Positions 1 through 10,128 of a stretch of 61,321 bases of DNA are shown here, in pieces (position 1 is the first letter of the stretch; every line of letters starts with the position of its first letter). Under the pieces are notes generated by a model. It made no database searches and was not told the origin of the DNA. It saw only the letters and a program-made list of their open reading frames with translations. A program made the position numbers and the translations under genes. This stretch comes from an uncultured Bacteroidales bacterium. Lineage in GTDB: Bacteria > Bacteroidota > Bacteroidia > Bacteroidales > JALTDM01. Location: positions 1 through 61,321 of the forward strand of contig CAYQWX010000006.1 in NCBI GenBank assembly GCA_964421355.1, written 5' to 3'.

Positions 1-36
1 TTTTTTTAGCTTTTTTCTGTGTCTTTATGTGGCTTT

Positions 37-195
37 GATGCAACGGTCTTAATATATTCTGTATCTGGACAAATAATCACAAAAGAAAAATTACAAGGAC
101 AATCGCAAATGCCATTAACATTACATCAAGGAATATATTTAATCAAGATTACAACAAAACAGCAGACATACACAAAAAAAATCATTATAGATTAA
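37..195 (+). other. 3' fragment encoding a T9SS type A C-terminal sorting domain (partial gene, remnant or edge artefact)
   Basis: Frame +1 reads DATVLIYSVSGQIITKEKLQGQSQMPLTLHQGIYLIKITTKQQTYTKKIIID*, matching the IY-x-x-x-GQ / G-I-Y-x-x-K / K-x-I-I pattern of type A CTDs. There is an in-frame TAG at 7-9 and no YPNP motif upstream. Confidence 0.65.
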
Positions 196-514
196 AAAAA
201 AACTGCATTCAATCACAAAAATCTTTTTATAATTCATTTTTTTAGAATGCCCAACCTATTATAATACTATCGGCAACACTAAAATACCACTTTATTTCAC
301 TATCTGTCCTTATTCCTCTTAGTTTTTCTGCTGTATGCCTAAGATAATAATGACCTCCATTAAATAAATAATAAAATCTAAGTCAAAACTTAATCTTTTA
401 TTTATTTTTATTTCAAAAACAATACAACACTATTAATTTTCATATTTATCATTTTGTCCCTAACTTATATTTAGGGTAAACTATTATTACAATGAATAAT
501 CCAAATTACATAAT

Positions 515-544
515 AAAATAGGACGCCCATAATTGACGTCCTAT
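515..544 (-). terminator. Rho-independent terminator of the T9SS type B gene
   Basis: Inverted repeat ATAGGACG (518-525) / CGTCCTAT (537-544), followed by T residues on the minus strand, about 25 nt after the stop at 570. Confidence 0.7.
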
Positions 545-569
545 CTTTTAATCTTCAAATACAAATGAG

Positions 570-3170
570 CTAATATTTAACAAGAACTGTCCCTTTGTAT
601 ATGTCTTTATCCAATTTTATAACATACAAATATTCACCAAATGGTACTAATTTACCTTTATATGTTCCATCCCATTGATTAGTTTTGTCAGTATAATCGA
701 ATCCATTACCATGGAATTCAAACATAACATCACCCCAACGATTAAATACTTGTATTGTAACATCATCATAAGTTCCAATATTTACTATTTGCCAAGTATC
801 ATTAGATCCGTCATTATTAGGAGTAAATACTGTTGGTATAATAAGAGGTATATCAACATTTATAGTATCATAAGCAGAACAACCGTTAGCATCTGTTACT
901 TCCAATATATAATCTCCTGCCATTGACACAGTTATATCTTCTGTTGTATGCCCTGTACTCCAATTGTATTGATAAGGATTAGTACCTCCGCTAACAGTTA
1001 CATCTATTGCTATCTCATAACCATTTTGCACATAAGTAGTATCTTCTATTACTATAGGTGTCAAATCATCATATTGCAAAGTAGTTGTCCAAGTTGTATC
1101 ACAACCATGGCTATCTGTAACCGTTGCAGTATATGTTCCACTCCATACTTGAATAACACTATCTGCATCACCTGTATTCCACTGATATGTATATGGAGGA
1201 TTTCCGCCTGTTGGAGTAAGTGTAATAATTGCATTATCTCCATAGCACACTGGATCTTCTACATCTCCACTCACTCTTATTGGAGTAGGTTCTGATACTA
1301 TTGCATTACCTGTTGCGGTACAACCATTGTTATCTGTTACTGTAACTTCATATTGTCCGGGACCAAGATTTGTTATAGTAGTATTGGTAGCACCGGTATT
1401 CCAGCTATAAGCATAAGGGGCAGTACCACCACCTGCTACAGCTGTAACTTCTCCGTCATTAGCACCGTAACAGCTAACATCTACAGTTGTAAAATCTACA
1501 GTCAATTCATCAGGCTGAGTAATCTCTATACTATCAACTCCTGTACAACCATGAACATCTGCAGCAGTAATAATATAAGTTCCTGCACTCAAATTAGTAA
1601 TATTTGCTACAGTATCTCCCGTATTCCATTGATAAGTATATGGAGATTGTCCACCAGTTACGCTAACTTCTATTGAACCGTCATTTCCACCATAGCAAGA
1701 AACATTATTTAGATTATCAACATTAATTTCAATATTAGGCATTATATTAGGAACATCTACTGTATATTGGGCTGTACAACCTACAGAATCGGTTACAGTT
1801 ACATTATATGTACCAGGTTGTACATCTGTCAAATCTTCTGTAGTAGATCCATCATCCCATAAAAAGGAATAAGGACTAATACCTCCTGCTACCGTCAAAT
1901 CTATGTTTCCGGCAGTAGAACAAGTAGGAGTATCTATTACTGCAGAAATATCTATTGGTGCCGATATTATAACATTTATACTATCGGAAGTAGTACAACC
2001 TAAATCATCTGTAACAGTTACAGAATACATTCCCGAAGTAGTAACTACAATAGCACTATCAGAAGCTCCTGTGGACCATGTGTAACTAACATAATTTCCA
2101 GGATAAAGTAATAAACTGTCCCCCGAACATAAAATTGTATCTTGAGGACCCAAATCAACATTTACACATCCCATTTTAGCTATTGTAAATTCAGAAAAAT
2201 GATCATAACCTCTTCTTAAAGCATACCCGTCAGAAACAAGTCTTCCTTCTCCTCCATTTGGATTTAATCCGGGATATCCTATTCCACACGGAGCACAAGT
2301 CCAATCTGCTGCAGTAGTAGAACCTTCAGGACGACTTAATATTGCAAATTGATTGTCTGTAAGACCCGAAATATTATCTATATAACATCTTAAATCAAAA
2401 CGTCCTCCTGTTGGTTCAGTATCAGGATTTATATGCCACACTCCTTCGGGAGCAACTTCATAATATTGAGTACCTAATTCGCTAACATTCAAATCACTAT
2501 TATTACTATTTGTTAAATCATCAAATCTCACTTCTACATAATTTGTTCCTTGTAATGTATCTGGCTTCACACCTGCTAAATGATAATCGGAAGAGTTTAA
2601 ACTTTTTGATACAGGATAAAAATAAAAGTCTCCTGCATTACCATCTATATATCTACGAAGTGTTCCATAAATGAAATCTTGGTTATCATACCCCACAATA
2701 CTATTCAAATCTTCATTTGTAACAACCAAAGTATTATTATTTGTAATAACCTTGTCATGGTTAGAAAACTCTAATTTATGAGTAATAAAATGGTCACCAT
2801 TAAGTAGGGATAAAGCAGCCCCGGAAGAAGTTGAATTATTTAACAATAAATTTTCCACATAAATAGAGTTCCCAATAAAATTTTGAGTGGAACTACCGTT
2901 CAGTATTAAATTACCTTGCCCATTATGATCTTTAAATAATGAATCACTGGTAGCATTTACAACATTATCTGTTACATAAATATTACCATCATTATAAAAT
3001 TTCCCACTTATAGCACCATCATTATCACCTACTATTGTCCCCTCAATTTTAACAGTAGTAGATGGTAATACCTTAAAAGAAGCACCTTTGTTCTTTACAT
3101 ATACTTGTTGGCTAAAAGCACTAATGTTAAAAAACAATAAAACAATGATAGAAATATAATTCTTTTTCAT
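570..3170 (-). CDS. T9SS type B cargo (gliding motility-associated C-terminal domain) with SprB-like repeats; putative adhesin
   Basis: Signal peptide; repeated GG-x-x-PY-x-Y-x-W...G-x-Y-x-VTVTD-x-x-GC units; C-terminal IPTVFTPNNDGSNDTW...FNRWG...WDG type B CTD. Confidence 0.9.
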   Translation of the reverse strand: MKKNYISIIVLLFFNISAFSQQVYVKNKGASFKVLPSTTVKIEGTIVGDNDGAISGKFYNDGNIYVTDNVVNATSDSLFKDHNGQGNLILNGSSTQNFIGNSIYVENLLLNNSTSSGAALSLLNGDHFITHKLEFSNHDKVITNNNTLVVTNEDLNSIVGYDNQDFIYGTLRRYIDGNAGDFYFYPVSKSLNSSDYHLAGVKPDTLQGTNYVEVRFDDLTNSNNSDLNVSELGTQYYEVAPEGVWHINPDTEPTGGRFDLRCYIDNISGLTDNQFAILSRPEGSTTAADWTCAPCGIGYPGLNPNGGEGRLVSDGYALRRGYDHFSEFTIAKMGCVNVDLGPQDTILCSGDSLLLYPGNYVSYTWSTGASDSAIVVTTSGMYSVTVTDDLGCTTSDSINVIISAPIDISAVIDTPTCSTAGNIDLTVAGGISPYSFLWDDGSTTEDLTDVQPGTYNVTVTDSVGCTAQYTVDVPNIMPNIEINVDNLNNVSCYGGNDGSIEVSVTGGQSPYTYQWNTGDTVANITNLSAGTYIITAADVHGCTGVDSIEITQPDELTVDFTTVDVSCYGANDGEVTAVAGGGTAPYAYSWNTGATNTTITNLGPGQYEVTVTDNNGCTATGNAIVSEPTPIRVSGDVEDPVCYGDNAIITLTPTGGNPPYTYQWNTGDADSVIQVWSGTYTATVTDSHGCDTTWTTTLQYDDLTPIVIEDTTYVQNGYEIAIDVTVSGGTNPYQYNWSTGHTTEDITVSMAGDYILEVTDANGCSAYDTINVDIPLIIPTVFTPNNDGSNDTWQIVNIGTYDDVTIQVFNRWGDVMFEFHGNGFDYTDKTNQWDGTYKGKLVPFGEYLYVIKLDKDIYKGTVLVKY

Positions 3171-3189
3171 ATTACATAAATATTTTAGG

Positions 3190-3197
3190 CAAATATA
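3190..3197 (-). promoter_or_regulatory. Bacteroidota housekeeping -7 promoter element
   Basis: TATATTTG on the minus strand (TAnnTTTG consensus), 20 nt upstream of the ATG at 3170. Confidence 0.6.
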
Positions 3198-3237
3198 AAA
3201 AAACTTTTTTAACCAAAAAAATTTTTTTTCTTAATTG

Positions 3238-3272
3238 AAAAAAAAGGCAGAAACATTACTGCTTCTGCCTTT
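3238..3272 (-). terminator. Rho-independent terminator of tonB
   Basis: AAAGGCAGAA / TTCTGCCTTT stem with a long A-run on the plus strand (U-tract on minus), just after the tonB stop. Confidence 0.8.
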
Positions 3273-3292
3273 AATATCTTAATTATAAAAGA

Positions 3293-3976
3293 CTAATAAA
3301 GTTCAAATTTAATAGGGACTTGGAACAATACCCTTACAGGCTTACCTCTTTGACTTGCAGGTTTCCATTTAGGCATTGATTTTACAACCCTAACAGCCTC
3401 TTTGTCCAAATAAGGATCTACACTTCTGACAACTTTCACGTTTGTAACTTTACCATCTTTATCAATCACAAATTGTACCCATACTGTTCCAGTTACTCCA
3501 TTTTCTTTAGCGGCTTCAGGATATTTTGTATGTTCTGCAAGAAACTTATACAAAGCTGCTTCTCCTCCTGGGAATTCAGGCTTTTTTTCTACAACATAAA
3601 AGTTTATAGGTTCATCATCTTCCTCTTCCTCTACTTGAACATCTGATTGATCAACTTGTGTTTCTTCATCAGCTTCACTCTCATCCATTTCAAATTCATC
3701 ACTAATATCCTCATCATCTTTAACAATATTTAACTCTTCTACCACAACTTTCTTCGGAGGTGGTGGAGGTGGAGTTTTTTCTTTCATCCTGGTAATTGGA
3801 ATTATTTCTTCTTCTACTTTTACATCTCCTACATCTCCTAAAACATTTTCCGTTTTATCTTGTGTTCTAATTTGAAATACCAAATATGTAGCAATTAACG
3901 CTACTGCCAACCCTATTTCCAACAATACGGGACGCCAACGTTCTAAATCTACATTTGGGGATTTTTTAATTTCCAT
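3293..3976 (-). CDS. tonB: Energy transducer TonB
   Basis: N-terminal TM anchor, TPPPPPP linker, acidic stretch, and TonB_C domain (PEFPGG, YPEAAKENGVTG, EAVRVVKSMPKWKPA). Confidence 0.95.
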   Translation of the reverse strand: MEIKKSPNVDLERWRPVLLEIGLAVALIATYLVFQIRTQDKTENVLGDVGDVKVEEEIIPITRMKEKTPPPPPPKKVVVEELNIVKDDEDISDEFEMDESEADEETQVDQSDVQVEEEEDDEPINFYVVEKKPEFPGGEAALYKFLAEHTKYPEAAKENGVTGTVWVQFVIDKDGKVTNVKVVRSVDPYLDKEAVRVVKSMPKWKPASQRGKPVRVLFQVPIKFELY

Positions 3977-4050
3977 AGTTCCAAAAAATTTTTTTCAAAA
4001 ATAATATAATTTTTTTAGATTAAATATGTCTCCCCTCATAAACTTTTTAT

Positions 4051-6612
4051 TTATTTGTGCATAACCGTAAATTTTTCCTTGTAAATCCTTGTATTAGTCT
4101 TTATAACCAGTAAGTACATCCCATCCTTTAATTCAGAAACATCTATTCTACCACTAATTACCTCTGATAATTTATCTACATGATTGCTCCAAACTTCTAT
4201 CCCACTTAATGTCTTTATTGAAATTTCTTCAACATCAATAGACATTGGAAAACTAACTTTATATGCTAAATACTTATCTGCCGGATTGGGATATATATCA
4301 CATTTAGGTTTTATAACACCTTTTAACATCCCTTCTGTAATAATATCCCTTATTTCTGCAGGCATCTCGTTAATATCATTATTGTCTTGATTATGAAAAT
4401 GATTATATAGATTACCAGGAGAACTTATTGTACCTGAATTAGCATTGTATTCATAATTTATAAAATCTGTAAATTCCACATTACCACGATGATAACTCAG
4501 TGTATCTAATAAATTGGGAATATTGTTGTTTTCACCTCCACTTTCCTTGCTACATGAAGGCACATAAAAATACCATCCTGCCGCACAACCATTGGCATCT
4601 ACTACAATAATTATGTACCATGCTCCTGCTTCTACCCATACATTATCATCTGTACCCAATTGATTTCCATCGGTATCATACCAGTAATAATTGTAATCAG
4701 GAGTACCTCCGGAAGCATTTGCTGTGATATTAGCATAACAATATATAAAAAGATTATAGAATTTACCTTTTAATTCTACATCCAAAGAATCAGGTTGTGT
4801 TACTTCTATTTGATCTGTAGCAGTATTTCCACATTGGTCAGTTACGGTAACTGTATATGTTCCTGCAGGTTTATTAACAATAGTAGCAGAAGTATCTCCC
4901 GATGACCATTCATAAGAATATGGCAAAAAACCATCTTCCGCTACTGCTGTAATCTGGGCACTACTGTCACCATAACACATAATGGAACTATCCAATTGAG
5001 TATATACACTCACATGAGGATGATATGTTATATGTGCCGTAGCTACAGCACTACAACCACTTTCGTCACTTACGGTAACCGTATAGTCTCCTTCTCCTAA
5101 TCCCGAAACCGTTTGAGTAGTTGCTCCATTAGACCATTCGTAATGAAACGGTCCATATCCTTCATTTGGAAGAGCTGTTATTTCTCCGTCACTATCTGAA
5201 GAGCAACCCGCATCGTGAACATTTAAGGAAACACCTTCAAAACATCCATATTTAGCAATAAATCCATCGTAATTTTCAGAATGATAATTATTAATAACAA
5301 TAGAATCATTAAATTGTAAAAAATTTGCATCATACCTACCCGTCACATAAATATGGTCTCCGTCATCCTCAAAAATTTTATAACCTCTACTTGTTCCTGA
5401 AGAACTAGATATAACACTAAACGCAGATAAGAAGTTTCCATTTGAATTTATAATTCCAACATATGGTTGAGTGTTATTACTTGCAATAAGTGTAGAATCT
5501 CCCCACTTAATAGTATCTGAAAAAGATCCTGTTACTAATATTCTATCATTATTTTCATAATATAATCCCATAGCAATATCCCTATGAGGACTTCCTATAC
5601 TTTTAATCCATTTAATATTACCATTTAAATCGACCTTCCCAATAACAATATCTGCCATCCCCTTATTTTGTACAAATAAACTATCACAATAAAAACTATT
5701 TTTGGCATAACCTGCAAAATAAATATTATTTCCATCAGTAACCATATCCCATATTTGCTCATCTCTATAAGTTCCAAACGTTTTTACCCATTTTTTCTCT
5801 CCTTCCTTTGAGACTTTCATTATTATCATATCTTTAACATTTCCTATAATCGTATCCTGTTCCCACACAAGAGTATCAGAAAAATATCCTCCTAAATACA
5901 AATTACTATCTAAAATTATAATAGAACCAAACATCACCGCATTATGAGAAGAATATATTCTCCTTGCACTTATAAAGTTGCCATCTAAATCATATTTAGC
6001 AAGAAAATAATTTTTAGTATCTGAACCTTCTAATGTAGTATCCGCAGATTTACTTATGTAAACACTATCATAATAAAATCCTACCACATATAAACTACTA
6101 CCATCAGAAACCAGACTTCTTCCTTTTTGAACACCCGTTCCACTCCCCATATTTTTAATCCATACAGTTTCACCTTCTTTATTAAGTTTACATAAAAAAG
6201 CATCTTTCCCTGCAGCAGATGTAATAGTATAATCCCCGATAGTTATTTGATTTTCAAAACTACCTGTTAGATAAATATTATTTTGATGATCAATATAAAT
6301 ATCTTTTGGGTCATCTATACCGGAACCTCCTATTTTAACACCCCAAATAAGATAACCATACTTATTTAATTTAAGAACTAATACATCTTTTTTATCAGAA
6401 GTAATAGAAGAAAAAATTTGTCCACCAATATTAATTTCTCCAGTCAAATCAGCAAGCACTATTATATTTCCATCATAATCTAATTTTATAGCTTCAGTTT
6501 CTACCCTACTAGCATCAAAATTCAATGCCCACAACCAATCTTGGGCATTAATATTTGTTCCCCAAAACATTAATAGTATTAAAAGAACATTTATAATAAA
6601 GCTTCTCTTCAT
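4051..6612 (-). CDS. T9SS type A cargo with beta-propeller (SBBP-like) repeats and SprB-like repeats
   Basis: Signal peptide; repeated N-I-Y-x-T-G-x-F / D-x-F-x-x-K-x-x-x-x-G-x-x-x-W blades; SprB units; C-terminal IYPNP...GMYLLVIK type A CTD. Confidence 0.88.
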   Translation of the reverse strand: MKRSFIINVLLILLMFWGTNINAQDWLWALNFDASRVETEAIKLDYDGNIIVLADLTGEINIGGQIFSSITSDKKDVLVLKLNKYGYLIWGVKIGGSGIDDPKDIYIDHQNNIYLTGSFENQITIGDYTITSAAGKDAFLCKLNKEGETVWIKNMGSGTGVQKGRSLVSDGSSLYVVGFYYDSVYISKSADTTLEGSDTKNYFLAKYDLDGNFISARRIYSSHNAVMFGSIIILDSNLYLGGYFSDTLVWEQDTIIGNVKDMIIMKVSKEGEKKWVKTFGTYRDEQIWDMVTDGNNIYFAGYAKNSFYCDSLFVQNKGMADIVIGKVDLNGNIKWIKSIGSPHRDIAMGLYYENNDRILVTGSFSDTIKWGDSTLIASNNTQPYVGIINSNGNFLSAFSVISSSSGTSRGYKIFEDDGDHIYVTGRYDANFLQFNDSIVINNYHSENYDGFIAKYGCFEGVSLNVHDAGCSSDSDGEITALPNEGYGPFHYEWSNGATTQTVSGLGEGDYTVTVSDESGCSAVATAHITYHPHVSVYTQLDSSIMCYGDSSAQITAVAEDGFLPYSYEWSSGDTSATIVNKPAGTYTVTVTDQCGNTATDQIEVTQPDSLDVELKGKFYNLFIYCYANITANASGGTPDYNYYWYDTDGNQLGTDDNVWVEAGAWYIIIVVDANGCAAGWYFYVPSCSKESGGENNNIPNLLDTLSYHRGNVEFTDFINYEYNANSGTISSPGNLYNHFHNQDNNDINEMPAEIRDIITEGMLKGVIKPKCDIYPNPADKYLAYKVSFPMSIDVEEISIKTLSGIEVWSNHVDKLSEVISGRIDVSELKDGMYLLVIKTNTRIYKEKFTVMHK

Positions 6613-6784
6613 TGCAATTTCCCTTTTTAAAATTATCGCTAATAAATACGCTTAGTAATATAAATAGTAAATAATGAATTGATAAAAAACTTACATTTTT
6701 ACATAAACATAATTTTATTTGTGGTAAACAATCAGCATTAAATAACCAAAAACATAAAAAATCTCCCATTATCATTATTTTTTA

Positions 6785-6792
6785 TACTTTTG
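6785..6792 (+). promoter_or_regulatory. -7 promoter element for yidC
   Basis: TACTTTTG. It overlaps the TTG start in the ORF track, which supports the ATG at 6817 as the true start. Confidence 0.6.
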
Positions 6793-6816
6793 CAAGCCAA
6801 ATACAACTCAAATATT

Positions 6817-8748
6817 ATGGACAGAAATTCAATTATAGGAATAGTATTGATTGCGTTAGTGCTAATTTTTTATAGCATTTGGACCGCACCTTCACAGAAA
6901 GAAATAGCAAAACAAAAACAAATAAGAGATTCAATAGCAAGAGTAGAACAACAAAAAAAATCAAAAGTAAAAAATGAGGAAAAACAAAATACTTTTACTA
7001 CCACCACCAAAACAGATACTACTACGATAATAAAAGATGATTCCATAAAAAATATAAAAAAACTGGAACAATACGGCATTTTTGCAAAAGCAATAGAAGG
7101 AAAAAACAAACACATTGTAATAGAAAACAAAAAAATAAGAATCACATTCGCTACCAAAGGAGGTAAAATAGAAAGTGTGGAACTAAAAGGATATAAGACT
7201 GCTTGGGGAACTCCTATCGTGCTATTAAATGGTGACTCTACACTTTTCGGATTAAACTTTTTTGCAAACAATAAATTAATACGGACAGACGATCTATACT
7301 TTACATCTTCAATAAATGCAACTAAATCTGATACTATAAAAATAAAAGATAAACCGCAAACAATTACAATGTCTTTACAATTGACTAATGATAGGAAAAT
7401 AGCTTACGAATATACTATTTATCCTGATTCTTTCTTAATAGATTTTAACATAAAAATTAATAATTTAAGTAAAATTATATCTAACAATTCAGGAACAATT
7501 ATGTTTGATTGGCGTTATAAAGCCAAACAATTTGAAAAAGGTAAAAGCAACGAAAATCGTTTTACCACTATATATTATAAACATTACCAAGATGATGTTG
7601 ATAACTTATCTTATAGAGGAGAGGACAAAGAAGAAATACCTACCAAAGTAAAATGGATAGCTTTCAAGCAACAATTTTTCTCATCTATATTCATTGCCAA
7701 AAAAGCATTTGAAAATACGGTATTGGAACAAAAACTGATAAAAGACAAAGGATACCTAAAAGATTTTCACGCCAACATAATGCTGGCATATCCTATTACG
7801 GCACCTAAAAATTATTCATTTAGCGGAACATTTTTCTTTGGACCTAACCAATATTATTTATTGCGAAAAATAAGCAAAAACTATGAAAAAGACAATGATT
7901 TACAATTAGAAAAAATACTAAAATTAGGATGGTGGATATTTGGATGGGTTAATAAATATTTAATTATTCCTCTTTTCTATTTCTTAGGAAAATTCATACA
8001 CAACTACGGTCTATTAATTTTAATTCTTACCATAATAATAAAATTAATGTTGATGCCATTTACTTATAAATCATACCTATCTACTGCAAAAATGAAAGTG
8101 CTAAAGCCTCAAATAGATGAAATAAACAAAAAAATACCTAAGGAAAAAGCAATGGAACGCCAACAAGCACTAATGGCTCTATACAAAAAAGCAGGAGTAA
8201 GCCCAATGGGTGGTTGCTTACCAATGCTCTTACAAATGCCTATACTTTATGCAATGTTTATGTTTTTCCCGACTTCTATAGAACTTAGACAAAAAAGTTT
8301 CTTATGGGCAAAAGATTTATCTTCCTATGATTCTATCCTAAATTTACCATTTAAAATTCCATTTTACGGAGACCATGTCAGTTTGTTTGCTTTGCTTATG
8401 GCAATATCAATGCTTGTATATACAAATATGCAGCAAAAAATGAATCCTGCCTCCAGTTCTCAAAGCATGCCGGGAATGAAAACAATGATGTATTTAATGC
8501 CAGTATTTTTCTTAGGATTTTTGAATAATTATTCTGCCGCCCTCAGCTATTACTACTTATTAGCCAACCTAATAACAATTACACAAATGTATATATTCAG
8601 TAAAATGATAGATGAAAACAAAATTTTGGCTCAAATAGAACAAAACAAGAAAAAAACTGTAAAAAAATCCAAGTTCCAACAAAGATTAGAAGAAATGGCA
8701 AAACAACAACAAAAACAAAGAGGATATAATACAAAAAGAAAAAAATAA
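6817..8748 (+). CDS. yidC: Membrane protein insertase YidC
   Basis: MDRNSIIG start typical of Bacteroidota YidC; FFGPN, NYGLLILILT and GVSPMGGCLPMLLQMP motifs. Confidence 0.97.
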   Translation: MDRNSIIGIVLIALVLIFYSIWTAPSQKEIAKQKQIRDSIARVEQQKKSKVKNEEKQNTFTTTTKTDTTTIIKDDSIKNIKKLEQYGIFAKAIEGKNKHIVIENKKIRITFATKGGKIESVELKGYKTAWGTPIVLLNGDSTLFGLNFFANNKLIRTDDLYFTSSINATKSDTIKIKDKPQTITMSLQLTNDRKIAYEYTIYPDSFLIDFNIKINNLSKIISNNSGTIMFDWRYKAKQFEKGKSNENRFTTIYYKHYQDDVDNLSYRGEDKEEIPTKVKWIAFKQQFFSSIFIAKKAFENTVLEQKLIKDKGYLKDFHANIMLAYPITAPKNYSFSGTFFFGPNQYYLLRKISKNYEKDNDLQLEKILKLGWWIFGWVNKYLIIPLFYFLGKFIHNYGLLILILTIIIKLMLMPFTYKSYLSTAKMKVLKPQIDEINKKIPKEKAMERQQALMALYKKAGVSPMGGCLPMLLQMPILYAMFMFFPTSIELRQKSFLWAKDLSSYDSILNLPFKIPFYGDHVSLFALLMAISMLVYTNMQQKMNPASSSQSMPGMKTMMYLMPVFFLGFLNNYSAALSYYYLLANLITITQMYIFSKMIDENKILAQIEQNKKKTVKKSKFQQRLEEMAKQQQKQRGYNTKRKK

Positions 8749-8755
8749 TATAACT

Positions 8756-9166
8756 ATGAAACTCTTAATGATATATTGTAACACATTTGCTTATACCCCT
8801 AAAATAAAGACACTTGACGGATATGAAGAACATAACAAAGGAGAAGAATTTAAAGATGTACTGGTTGCATTTGTACAAGTAGAAGAAAACGATACAAATA
8901 ATCTCAAAAGCGTAGAAGATAAACTTCTAAAAAATCTAAAATGGGCAGCAAAAAAGAATAACACAAAACACATTATATTACATTCTTTTGCCCACCTATC
9001 TGAAAGTAAAGCCTCACCAGAAACAGCAAAACAAATATTTGATAAAGTAGAAACAAGATTGAAAAACTCAGATTATATGGCAAACCAAACACCATTTGGA
9101 TACTTTTTAGATATTAAAGTAGATGCTCCTGGATATTCTTTAGCACGAATTTTCAAAAATTTGTAA
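8756..9166 (+). CDS. Stand-alone archaeal-type threonyl-tRNA synthetase editing domain protein (DTD-like fold)
   Basis: MKLLMIY, VLVAFVQVE, HSFAHLS and TPFGYF motifs correspond to the N-terminal editing domain of Pyrococcus-type ThrRS (VLVAFISVE, YPFAHLS, APFGYY). The 136-aa length is about one domain. Confidence 0.85.
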   Translation: MKLLMIYCNTFAYTPKIKTLDGYEEHNKGEEFKDVLVAFVQVEENDTNNLKSVEDKLLKNLKWAAKKNNTKHIILHSFAHLSESKASPETAKQIFDKVETRLKNSDYMANQTPFGYFLDIKVDAPGYSLARIFKNL

Positions 9167-9221
9167 AAAAACATAATAAAATTATACAATTAAAGTTTAA
9201 GAAGGAAAAACTTAATTAACC

Positions 9222-9728
9222 ATGAAAAAGATATTAACTGTTTTAGTTTCGGTATTGGTATTATTTATAAGCAGTTGTAATAATTCTGATACATCAAACG
9301 GCAAACAAGACTCAACAAAACAAGACACAGGACTAATATCTACAAAAGTAGTAGAAAACCCAATATCATTAAAAGACACTTCCTTAAAAGGGAAAGCACT
9401 CCCTAAAATAACTTTCAAAGAAAAGAATTATGATTTTGGAGTATTAATAGATGGAGAAAAGGTATCACACATATTTCATTTCAAAAACACAGGCAACACA
9501 GAACTCGTAATAACAAAAGTTTCTACTACTTGCGGCTGTACAGTGGCAGACTATCCGACAAAACCTATTCCTCCTGGCGGAGAAGGTAAAATAGAAGTAG
9601 TTTTCAATTCTGCAGGCAAGCATGGAATGCAACACAAAATGATACGAATACTTGCCAATACTCAACCAAACTTAACAGAGCTTAGTATTGACGCACAAGT
9701 ATTAAGTCCAGATGAAATAAATCATTAA
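9222..9728 (+). CDS. DUF1573 domain lipoprotein
   Basis: Lipobox ISSC; YDFG, FKNTG, TCGCT and PIPPG motifs; usual position upstream of yajC. Confidence 0.9.
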   Translation: MKKILTVLVSVLVLFISSCNNSDTSNGKQDSTKQDTGLISTKVVENPISLKDTSLKGKALPKITFKEKNYDFGVLIDGEKVSHIFHFKNTGNTELVITKVSTTCGCTVADYPTKPIPPGGEGKIEVVFNSAGKHGMQHKMIRILANTQPNLTELSIDAQVLSPDEINH

Positions 9729-9756
9729 AAAAACACCTTAACACCAAAACTTGCAT

Positions 9757-9764
9757 TATCTTTG
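9757..9764 (+). promoter_or_regulatory. -7 promoter element for the yajC operon
   Basis: TATCTTTG, ending 28 nt upstream of the yajC ATG. Confidence 0.6.
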
Positions 9765-9791
9765 CCAGAGTAAAACAAAAAACAAAAGAAT

Positions 9792-10115
9792 ATGAATTTA
9801 TTAACCATTTTATTAACGGCAGGACAACAAGCAGGACAAAAACAAAATCCATTAGTATCATTATTACCATTTATTTTAATAGTTATTATATTTTACTATT
9901 TCCTCATTAGACCACAAGTAAAAAGACAAAAAGAAATACAAAAATTTAGAAAAAGTCTTCAAAAAGGCGATAAAATCATTACTGCTGGTGGTATTTACGG
10001 AAAAATAGTAGAAATGAAAGACAATATTGTAATGGTAGAAATAGCACCTAATGTGAAAATAAAAGTTGACATAAATACCGTATTACGAGATCCGTCAGAT
10101 TTGGCACAAAAATAA
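9792..10115 (+). CDS. yajC: Preprotein translocase subunit YajC
   Basis: YYFLIRPQ and LQKGDKIITAGGIYG motifs. Confidence 0.97.
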   Translation: MNLLTILLTAGQQAGQKQNPLVSLLPFILIVIIFYYFLIRPQVKRQKEIQKFRKSLQKGDKIITAGGIYGKIVEMKDNIVMVEIAPNVKIKVDINTVLRDPSDLAQK

Positions 10116-10128
10116 AAATATGTAAAAA

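Noticed and set aside
850..2100. Repetitive DNA as a possible CRISPR array or DGR template/variable repeat
   Set aside because: The repeats are degenerate protein-level SprB units. There are no identical spaced repeats, no adenine-specific repeat pair, and no cas or reverse transcriptase gene in the window.
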